A stretch of DNA of 64,000 nucleotides from Lytechinus pictus. Its lineage: Eukaryota. Below are positions 13,901-25,900 of the stretch, piece by piece. The translations under genes were made by a program, and so were the position numbers. The stretch lies in contig NC_087251.1 in the NCBI RefSeq assembly GCF_037042905.1, positions 16,184,001 to 16,248,000 of the forward strand, given 5' to 3'. Positions within the stretch are counted from its first letter, which is position 1, and the number at the start of each line of letters is the position of its first letter. The notes under the pieces are model-generated. The model saw nothing but the letters and a program-made list of their open reading frames with translations, had not been told where the DNA came from and ran no database searches.

Positions 13901-16900
13901 AGAAGATCTCGATCAAATTTCATATTATTCACCTTGAAATTATTCCTTTAGGGTCTATGGTATCATTCTGAGGGAATTCACATATTTGGAATAATAGTAC
14001 GGCCACAAATATTTTAATAATTTCCTCTTTGCAAGTTCTATGGCTCGCAGATACAACTTCAACTGCAGTTATTCCATATGAACGAGTACGTGCATAGTAC
14101 ACAAAACGGCACTGCCTTGATTACTACACCGGGACCGAATACCCCCCGGTGACGTCACACTCAAAGAACACCCGTCTCGGTAGGCATTGCAGGAGCGAAC
14201 TCAGGGAAAATGGGTAGGGATAAATCGTTCAAATTCACTATTTTGAAAAAAGAAAATGGGGGGTCGAATCACCTATTAGTGTTTGGGGGGATGTAAGGTT
14301 GCTATTAATGTAAATATCTCAATATTTGGAATCGTCTTCTTAATTCAACTTTAACAATCTTCACATTTCATCAGACAAAGAAAAGAATGCAGGGAAAAAA
14401 GCTATGAAAAAACAGAAAATGCTCATGATAAAGGGTTTCGATGAACTAAAGTTGTTTCAAATTTTAACACTGAATCCCCTCTTACAATAGATATGAATCA
14501 AAGTTAAGGTGAGGGCTTCTCTACTGTTTATTTGTCACATGTAACGACTCATGGTCACAATTATGGCAGTATGCGTAATAAAAACATGACCTACGCTATA
14601 AAATTCATGAATTTCAATCCATATGCATCTCAAATTACCAATGAACTTAATTCAATGTTAAAGGTGAAATTTTTGAAAATATCCAAGAAACACTACATAA
14701 TTGAAATCTAATTTAAATCGAGAGGGAGAGGGAAGGGGCAGAGATCTACAAGACTGACAAAAGGAGATAGATAGACAGAGACAGGAAGGGGGAAGAGTAG
14801 GAGAGAAACAGAGAGAGAGAAGAAAGTACCAAAGATGACTGAGAGGACAGAAAGAAGAGAGAGAGAGAGAGAGGGTGGGACTTATATGCACCATGCTATC
14901 TACTTAAGATGTTAAACTATCAAGATTGTGTAAAAGAGATGTGATAGTCTTCTTCTATCATGAATTTTGAAAACATGTAAAGAAACAATTTGATGACATA
15001 CAAAAAAAAAACTTTCTCGAGGAACAGGCTGGAAATAATCACAAAAGCAAATCTGGTGGGAATGGGTTCATTGGGACCAGGGGCAAATCCAGGATTTTCC
15101 AAAGGAGGGGGGGGGGGCACATTTTTCCCCGAGTAAAAATTTGAAAAGCAAAAAAAAAGGGGGCACACACTTCTGTTTTAACGGCATTTTTACTTTACAA
15201 AGTTCAAGTGTGCCTCTCAAGGGGGGGGGGGGGGCATGAGTCAGCTTTGCCCCCCCCCCCCCAGTCTGCAGGCACAGACCATGATTGTAACTTTGATCAA
15301 CAAGTGTGTCTCCAGCTCCACGCAAAGACTAGCACATACATCTTTCATCACACACTACCAAAGTAAGGTCATGAAAAATTATGATTATGATAATAATAAT
15401 GATAATAGAATAATAAAACAAAAATAATATTAACAACAATATAATAACAAATAGCAATAACCATATAATTTATAATATGCTATTGACCTATTACAACAAC
15501 GCTGATGCTGAAACAAATAAGGAAATAAATATGATGGCGGAAAATAAGCAAATTATGCATACAGCTAAGGAATATACAAACAAAAAAAGGAAAATTCTTT
15601 CAATAGAGAGAAATAATAGTTTCTCAAAAAATACTTAGACATATTTTGATAGCTCTTTTTATTCCATTGGGAACCTTCCCCCACCCCCCCCCCCCCCCTC
15701 CATGAAAGGTTTAGAAAATGGAATCTATGCCACGGACTGATGAGAATAAATTCTGAGTCAATTGAGGGCATTCTGATGAAGGTCATACCAATCAAATGTG
15801 GTATGATTGATACCCATTAACCATCTTGATACCTCCAAGACATCATATCATACTTATAGTGTAGGTCTGTCATTATCAGCCTAATTTAGCTTAATTACAT
15901 TGGATACAGAAACCTGCTGTGATCACAAGGGCTGCTATGGATTAAAATCAGACTCAAAATCTCAACCCTGAGTTTTCAAGAGGTAGGAATTGAGATAAAT
16001 TCTAATTTGATTTGAATATATTGCATCTCTTTGTATCAAAGATGGAGCCCAAAACTAGCTAAAGGGAGTATGCAAGGAAAATAAACTTTGTGAGTTAATT
16101 ATAATAGTAAGTTGCTTCTTGAGATTAAAAACAATCTGTAAAGGCTTGTTTTTGTTGTAAAATTAACACGCTACTTTGAAAATTCATATATACCACCATC
16201 ATCATAGTAATGTTTGAAACATGATATCGAAAGTACACATAAGTACCCTATAGCACAACATTATATTTCATGCTCAATCCAGAATAACCCCACTTTCATA
16301 GAGGTTTGAAAACTATGCCCTCATTTCCGCAAGCAGGGCTAGAATCTTAAACCTTCGACTCAAGCTAATGAAGACAAACCCTTAAAGGTAGACTGTCTAG
16401 ATATCCGATGGTTACTCTAAGATCATGACTAATTTATCGACCAAAATTTATCAGCACAAAATATCAGTTAATAGTCACTGAAGAGGCTATCTGTTGAGTC
16501 TTTTAACCTTTTGACTTCTCATTTTTGCTATCATTATGCCTGTATTAAGCTCCAATCGCCAGCGCAGTAGGGAAGTCGTTAAGTAATTATCACTCTCTGT
16601 AGGAGATATGGGTGATTACTGACACATTTCAAATCTGTTATTTCAAAAGTTATGATGTAAGGTCAGATACTATCATGTTATTATCTAATCTGATGCCTTC
16701 ATCAAATAAGATACATTATATCCAACTATATGAAATTTGTATACATCTTGTTCCTGTAATACCAAAACAAAGCTTTATCTGAATCTATACCTTAATCTCA
16801 ATCAGTTTGATTCGTCTTTATTTCATAAACCATTATCAAATGCATACAAAATACATATTGAAATGTAGGCATATTGCCTTGAAATAAAACCATAAAAAAG

Positions 16901-19900
16901 AAAATAAAATAAACTCACAAAGACAATCATAGTTACATGCATCTTAAAAAATGTATGAAGTAAGCACTAAACATATCTTTCAATGTAAGATAAGAAAGAT
17001 ACTTATTTCCAATCAATTATATCAATAGCAAGTTTGTAACAGATAAATTTACTCTTTATATTGGAAAAAATTATATCGGCAAACAATTGCAAACATTTAT
17101 TTATTTATTTTGTTTTATTTATTTTATACTGCAGGGTAGGCCTGTTCAGTTCTTAAAACTGCTTTACAAAGGCGCCCTGCAGTTTAAAATACATGTCAAG
17201 ATAACTATGAACAACAACAACAACAACAAACAACATCAAAAATACAAAATACAAAATATCTAACATCAGAAACAATTAACACCAAAATATAGAGTGGGAA
17301 GTGACAATTTAAACATACATAGCATTGTAAATCAATGGAATATCATTTCGCTCTTTATCAATTCGTATGAAAGGCTTTGCATAATTTTTAAAAAAACTAA
17401 CAAGGAGGTACAAACTTGTAAATATGAAGGAAGTGCATTAAATAATTTGGGTCCGACATATGCGAAAGATTTTCTTTTATGTTCAATTCTAGCTTTGGGA
17501 AGCTGAAGGGGGCATCGTAAAGAATACCGTGTCCTGTATTTCACGGGCCGTTTACATACTAAAGGTTTTAAATAATTTGGAACTAAATCATTCATCATTT
17601 TATATACAAGAACACAATACTGATATTTTATACGCTGATCTACTGATTGCCACTTCAGTGACTGCAACAAAGAAATTTGTGATGTATTATAATCTTTTTT
17701 CAAAAGCATTCTGGCATATTTATTTTGAAGTTTTTGTATCTTATCTAAATGTATTTTTGCACTGCTTCCCCAAGATGTAATACAGTAATCAATGTAAGGT
17801 AAAATCATAGAAAAGTACAGCTTCTTCATAATATCAAAGGACAGTATGTGCTTAATCCGCCTTACACAACCTATTGCCCGAGATATTTTACAAACGATAT
17901 TAGTAATATGTTCGCGCCAAGTCAAGGCCGGATCGAGCATGACACCTAAGTATTTAATCTCTTTTACATTTTCTAATTGTATGTTCCTGAATTTCACTGA
18001 CAAATGAGCACCCCTCAACTTTTTCTTTTGACCAAATACCATGGCTTTTGTTTTTTGCGGGTGTAAATGCATATTATTTAAGTCTAGCCATTTACTTATT
18101 GAATCAAAATCATCTTGCAAATACTTTTGTACCTCCTTAATTGATTCACCGTGATTAAAAATGGCGGTATCATCAGCATAAAGAGACATTTTAGAATGTA
18201 CATGCAATTTCAAATTACACGTCATTAATAAAAATACAAAATATCAATGGACCCAGTATAGATCCTTGTGGGACACCTGATTTTATCTTCAAAAATTCAC
18301 TGCGACAACTGTTAATCATTTCAAATTGCCTTCTGTCTGTTAAATACGATTCCATCCAGTTGTATTCATTGCCAGTAATACCATAGTACTTAAGTTTTGC
18401 AAGTATAAAATTGTGAGGAATAACATCAAAAGCTTTGCGTAAGTCCAAGAAAATACCACCAGTAACATGTTTTCGGTCCATTTTATCATACAAAAAGTCT
18501 GTAATCTCAGTTAGACAAGTGGCAGTAGAATAAGACGGTCTGAAGCCAGACTGACAATTTGCAAGTAGATCATTTACATTTAAGTACTTATACAATTGAT
18601 CATGTATTGCTCTCTCTAGTATTTTGGACAGGACTGGAAGCACAGAAATTGGTCTATAATTGTCAATATCAAATGATCCTCCCTTATGTACAGGAGTAAT
18701 TCTTGCTGTTTTAAAATCTTCTGGAATAACACTAGTTTGTAAAGTTGCATTAAATAAATGGGTTAAAGGGCCAGCTATACTCTCTGCTGCCAGCTTAAGA
18801 AACTTAGGGTGAATGCCATCTACTCCGACCGCTTTCGAACAATCAATATGTCATAGTTCTTTCAAAACATACTCCTTTTTTATTGCATAAAATTTAAATT
18901 CACAATCTGGAATAAACAGAGTTTGTAAATTGTTTAATAAATCTTTCGAGAAATTACCCGAAGCGGCTTGCAACCTTGAGCCGACTTCATTAAAGGCTTT
19001 GTTTAGAACGTGAGCTATTTCATTGTTAGGTATTTGATCATTATCAATTGTTAATTTAACATCATGACTCGTGGTTTTATTTTTCTTAGGTATAAGCTTC
19101 GATAAAATGTTCCAGTTCTTTTTTTGTCATTTTCGCAGTCCTTAAATTTGTCCTGATAATACTTCTTTTTCAAATTTTTAATCAAGTTATTAGCTCTGTT
19201 ACGGGAAAACTGAAATTTATTCCACCAATAAATTAATCTTGTTTTTCTAAATTGCTTTTGATAATAATCCCTTTCGCGTGCTAACACACAAAAAAAATCA
19301 TCATTTATCCAAGGTACCCCTCTTTGTTTTTGCCGCACTGATATCACGGGGGCATGCCTGTCACAAATGTCCAGGAGTGTGTTTTTAAAGTAGTGCCACA
19401 ATTTTTCAACGTCAGTCCCACAGGAATAAAACTCATGCCAATCAACTTTCCTTACATCATCTTTAAATTTCTCACTGTCAAAGTACTTGAATGAACGACA
19501 TTTAGTTATTTTCGGAGAAAGGGATTGATGTTTCCCTTTAATTGCAGTAAAAATCACAGAGTGATCACTAAGTCCAGCTGACTGCAAACATACAAATAAT
19601 CTTAAGACTTATGATTAATTAAAAAATCTACAATTGACTCATGATTGATTGCATTTTTTTCACAACCATACCAAGTGAATGACATTCAAGAAAAGAAAAT
19701 CAAATGCAATTATCATAGACAAGTAGCACTATATAGACAGCTTGTTACTAAGGTAAATGTGATTGCATAATCATGCAAAGATGACATCATTTTCTGGCAC
19801 GTTAGGTAAAATTCTTCCTTTGTAACTTGTTATGAACGGAGAGTAAACTGAGAATTGTCATTCATGAGTAATACATTCTTTTCAAAATAGATATTTCAAA

Positions 19901-22900
19901 CAAGGCACGAACTAAATGTACATAAACAGGATTCATCGAACGTACAATGTATCTCTATGAGTGGTGCAATGGAGAAAAATCTATGGTGGCCAAGAGATTA
20001 TGCTATTCAGGAATTGAAAACAATATTGCTTAACACGGACAAAATTATTTAATTTAAAGGTTTATGTGTGTGTGTGTGGGGGGGGGGGGGGAGTGGATCG
20101 CATCATGCATGTACACCAACCCTGAATTATAATGTCTGTCTTACGAGTGCAGGGGGGGAGTCTTGATTCAAGCAGCTTCTAGCTTCACATTTATGGTCTA
20201 CATGTACATGCATATTCCTCTTAGCAGTTAAACTTTAATAAAGTTACAAAAATAATAATATGCAATATAAGCTGACATACCTTCATACACACGCACTGCC
20301 CGCTATTTGTCAGAGTAACAGACCTGCCCACGGCACAGAATAACACAGTGGGCCCAATTTATGATCTCCTCCAAGCTAATACTTCCCATATATATCCTAG
20401 TATAATCCTTAAGTTGACAATTTGCAAAACTCTTGTCCCAGTGTCTAGCATGAAAATCACAAGGACGAGACTCTAAAAAAACCCTAGCTTACAATGGTGA
20501 AACCCAGCTAAGACCTGTGAATTTTATACCCAAGAACTAGCACTACAACTATAGGGTACTTCATGCTTACTAGTTCCCCTCCCCTCTCCCTCCCTCTCCA
20601 AGCCCATCTTATAGAGCCCTCCAAAACTCACCACCGACTCTCATGTCATGCCCACTCACCCTCTTAGGTACCTTTCTACTTTCATACCACTAGTCATACT
20701 TCAAACCCAGGCTCGATAACCCATCCTCCTCATATTCATCTGATCTCAAAACTCTCCCTATACTTTTCCCTGTTGCTCTCGACCAGTTCTTATCACAACA
20801 GCCCTTGTACGGAGTGTGAAGGAGTCCTTCCCGAGTCCTCACCACAACAACTACCCAACACTAACAATCTCATGTCCCTGGTAGAGGATTCTTCAAGTCC
20901 ACTCACACTTTCTCTCTACACAATTATTTCTTCTCCCCCCCTCCATCCTTCCAATTCTTCATCCGCTCCAAACTACTTCTACTTTTGCCCACTGGCATGT
21001 TTTTGAACAATCACAACGAGCCTTCTTGTTCCCCATTCAGACTACCACTCCACCACAGCTGACGACAACCTCTACTTCTACTTCAACTTCAATGACGTTG
21101 GTTGGCACGCCAGCCACGGCCCTCACGACCCCGCTCCCCGCCCTCTATTACCACTGCTGAGAGTCCTAGCAGACCCTCAGCTTACCTAAATCATTTTCAA
21201 TGACCATTAATGCGTGATCATGGTGATATCTATCTCCCCAATGACAGACTACGGCCCTTTAGCATGCACTTACAATTTGCTCAATAAATTCTGATGCTTG
21301 TAGTTCATTGAATACCTGGGCACGGGTGCGTGTTTAATAATTAACACATGCACATGCACGTTTTGGCTCTCATTTTCTGTTTCATTTCAAAGTTTGGCTA
21401 ATCATTTTACTTTTTAGTTGGTTTGAGGAAATACAAAATAATACACTTACATCACACACTGGCAAAATAAAATATTCCTGGATATTGATGGTTACAAAGC
21501 AACAAAAAACCTCAATATGACCACATACTAACAGTTAAACATTGGTTCCCTGCAAGTGTGGCACAATACAGTCAGTCCGCAAGCCCTGAAAAAGTAGCTT
21601 CTTTTATCCAAGTGATATTCATGACAAGATGGTTTTTGCATAGTTAATGAGCTTGGTGCGAACCAAAACACCTCTTTTTATTCGGCCATTGCTGCTCTAA
21701 ATATTGACCAAATTTCATGTTTTTGGTATCTTTGTAAAGAAGAAGAATCATTATTTTAGGTCATGTGTTTGGATTTTTAAAAGAATGTTGTAATATAGGA
21801 AAAACTTTTGATCTAAAACATGAAACAAAATATTTTTTTCATGCAACAAAAGTTGTTGTTTTCACACTTAATTTCTGTTTGGGCACAAATGATTTTTAAA
21901 TCATGATAAAGCTGAAGATCTAAGCTTTAATATGATATAATTTTTATAAGAAGATGTATTTTAGATGGGTCAGCAGCCAGCTTTTCATAGACCAAGTACA
22001 TTTTGCAGCTCAAAAACAAGAATACTGCGCTCTGATTGGTCATAGACCACACACCCATGCAAATTCCAATGTTCCCCACACTGGGCCTCTGCAAGGTCAC
22101 ACTCACCATGTGGTAATCTCTTCAAATTACCCGCGCCTGTTTTTTTTGAAAACAGTATTCAGCCAATCAGAACTCTGGATTTTACGTTACTCAGAAATTT
22201 CAGAAATCTCGTCTTGCATCTTGATGGAAATAACTGGCTGCTGACCCATCTAAAAGATGCCACATATCAAGAGTGACATTGTAAGAAAGTATAAAGTTTG
22301 AGCTTTCTGATGATATAAATAATGTTGGTGCCTAAATCACAAAATGTTGCACAATTTGCAAGTGAAAACAGAGGAAGAAAATTCTGTTTGATGCATCTTT
22401 TCAGGAAAAAAAATCACTTATTTATCAAAATATTTCATTCAAAAGAAATGACCAATATAAAAGGATAACATTTACTCTTGCCCATGGTACAAAAATAATC
22501 AATATTACTCAAGGAGAAAGTGGTTAAATTCTTTGAGAAAGAAAGTCTCACAATTCACGAGATGTTGCAGGGACATGAATTCAGCCACGAGAGGACTTGG
22601 ATAAATCTTGCTCATTTGCTCATTAACACAGGGGCTTGCGGACTGACTGAATATTTTTTTAAAATGTCTAAAATGCAATGAGTGGAATACATGTTGGCCT
22701 GGGACAAAGGTCTTATGACTAACATTATTTAAATGAAGTAAGTGTTTCTTTTTACCTCCCCTTTATGTAAAAATGCAATAAAAAAGTTTAAAAAGGTACG
22801 ATGCAAATATTGGGATGAGGAAATCGAAGTGAATCAACTTTTCTTCGAACAGGTAAAATCTCAATATTCTATGCTTCTATGAACATAATGAAGGAGCTTT

Positions 22901-25900
22901 GATTGTAAGCAGAAATGGGGAGGAATTATAACAAACAAACTTTCCATGTTTCAGTAAAGACTAAGAGTATTATTCATTATCAAATACATGGTTAAATGTA
23001 TTATACCGATACTACAATCAGTCTTATTGATTCCTGATGTCATTACCAACCATACAAAGGTGTGAAACATTTGTCACTTTGAAAGCTTGTGCATCAGTGT
23101 ATAATTTGAACTTGTAAAAACAAAATTGTCTCCGTTCTTACATGACCACATTACGCCTAGAATTTTACATCAGTGTTAGCTCAACACCTGAAGTGTTATA
23201 ACACATCCTTTTTGTTCTATAAACTGTTTAGTGTAATACATTCAAATCCCATGGTGCATTACTAACACCTGATTGGTGCAATCCTCTCATATTGATGTTG
23301 GTCTTAACAAAAAAGTGTTTACAGTATACTTTATGATATATACATGTACTGTACATGTACATTATTTGAAATACTAATGGTACATGCATCAAGTACACAG
23401 TATGCAAATAAAGAATAGGCATGAGTGCGATGGTGCAAGATTTTGCATATTAAAGGTGAAAGAATAGAGCATCTCTTTCTTTCACCAAATGTGAAGTGTG
23501 GTACCATTGCACGAATGAGAATATTCGCTACTTGTGTTGTACAACACCTCGGAAGTTAGCGAAATACAAACAATAATCAGTTTTTTCCTACATAAATCTA
23601 TGAAAATAAGAAAACATTGAAAGCGAAAGGAAAATCCTTTCAAACGTGCATCTGATCTGCAGCAGCAATGTGCTTTCAGCCATTAAGCCCTACGCGTTAT
23701 TGCATCTGCATTTACTAAGCGCATGCAAAACGTTGAATCATAATTTCATAGTGACATCACCTTTTCCTGACCCATGTAATAGTACATAATGAACGGTACA
23801 TGTGCAACTGTATGAATGTTTGACATACATAGAATAGAATTCACTGAGCAAAATGCAGAAAATTTCATCAAAATCGGATAACAAATAATAGAGTTATTGA
23901 AGTTTTAAGTTTAGCAATATTTTGTGAAAACAGTCGTCATGAATATTCAATAGGTGGGCTGATGATGTCACATCCTCACTTTCTGTTTTCTTATGTTATT
24001 ACATAAAATCATATTTTTTTTCATTATTTCATACTTGTGTGAATAATATGTCTCCCTTATAATGAAATAAGTTGCAGCAATAAATATCAGTTGTCAATCC
24101 AACTTTTCTAGTTCTTGGAGGAAAAAATTGAATAAACCTAATTTCATATAATAAAATACAAAAGAACAAGTGGGGATGTGACATCATCAGCCCACCTAAT
24201 GAATTTTCATGACGACTGTTTTCACAAAATACTGCTAAACTTTAAAATTCAATAACTTTGTTATTTGTTATCCGATTTTGATGAAATTTTCGGCATTTTG
24301 CTTAGTGAATTCTACTCTATTTATTAAGCTATAAATACTTTCAGCCCGGACCATCCCTTAAAACCAACGCTTTGGTATGAATGGCATCATGGGAAATGAA
24401 AAATATTATTACACTAAGAGAGAGAGAAAAAACTATAGCATGATACCAGTAAAGTCAATCTATCCCTGATTTTATTGTGTGTTTGAAAATTGATAATACA
24501 TGTGCTCATTTTGTGAAAAAAAAAATTAGATTTAATTTTCCTCTTTTATATTTTTGGTGCTAAATCACAAAATCAGGATCTCTCATGATCTCAAACACAG
24601 TTAATATATTCCTTATGTCTGTAAGACTTAGAGTTGGCCTGCAATACAAAGCTTACTGATTGATCATATAATTGATTTTTTTTTTATTACTGATGAAGTA
24701 ATTTGCAGAGATCATTATGTGCAATGTAATCAACTACGCAGGCAATTAATCAGCTTTGGCGTTTCTGCGCAACATACAATATGCTGGGCTACATGTAAGT
24801 TTTAAAAAAATAAAAAGAAATAAAAACAGCAAAAGCTCTTCTATACTTTTAAATAATTATAAATTTAATGGCTGACAATAATTTGTTTTTCATTGTGTAA
24901 CCAAAAATTCAACGATAACTGCGAATTCAATGTGCCTATTTGGTTATGATAGCCGAAAATTAAAAATAACTGCTAATTTAATGTGCCTATATGGTTATGA
25001 TAGCTATACTCTCACAAGATAATGATATCATGATGTGAAAAGGATCAATTGCAGAGCCTCTCAAATAATTTGCAACAAGCCTGCATTCCAGAAAAGACTT
25101 TGTTATATCATGATGATGATGATTAAAGTTCAAATACAATGCCAGCAATGCAAGGAGCTGGCGAGATAATTGGTCGTAAATGTTAAATCATGTAACGCTA
25201 AAGCCCCAGTCACATATAGATCCCGGACCACCCCGGACCATCCCGGATCTGATCCGGGGTGGTCCGGGGAGAGATCCGTGTTGGCGCCTTGGGCATCCTT
25301 GGAGGTCCGGGGTGGTCCGTGTTGGTCCTTGAACGTCCGGGAGGCCAACACGGCAGTTTTTGACTGTCAAAAACATCCGGCGTCATCCGTGGACTGCCGG
25401 GTTGGCAAAGCCATCCGGGATGGTCCGTGTGGCTGCCGTGTAGGTCCGTGTAGCTGCCGTGTAGGTCCGTGTGGCTGCCGTGTAGGTCCGTGTAGCTGCC
25501 GTGTAGGTCCGTGTGGCTGCCTGGAGTATCCTTGGCAGTCCGTGTTCTTTTTCCCCATCAAATCTTTACAACGCTATTTACTTTATGAACTTTTCAGGAG
25601 TTGTTAAACAGTTGAAACAAACTTGCTTAATTTATTTATGATTAAATGGATGATTTAACGATTCAGGATATTTTCTTACGCTTTGGAGATTGGCCCCAAC
25701 CTAATATCTGTCAACTTAGTGCATGTATCAATTTTTTTTTTTTTAAATATTTACCCCAACTTTGTATGTTATTACTATTTCACATTTCATTTTCTTAAAA
25801 TAAATGTTATGTACCTGTTACATCAAAATTGTACATTAAGTTTTATACCACTGCCCTGCATCGACAGTTATGCGTCATGACCTGGGCCTATCTTAATTTT

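Noticed and set aside
14658..14894. CU tract with acceptors at 14753/14745
   Set aside because: Simple (GA)n-like repeat with AT-rich downstream sequence and no donor; cannot be distinguished from a pseudo-acceptor
17332..19587. Active or domesticated reverse transcriptase
   Set aside because: 5'-truncated, frameshift between QGSILGP and YADD, further frameshifts and stops
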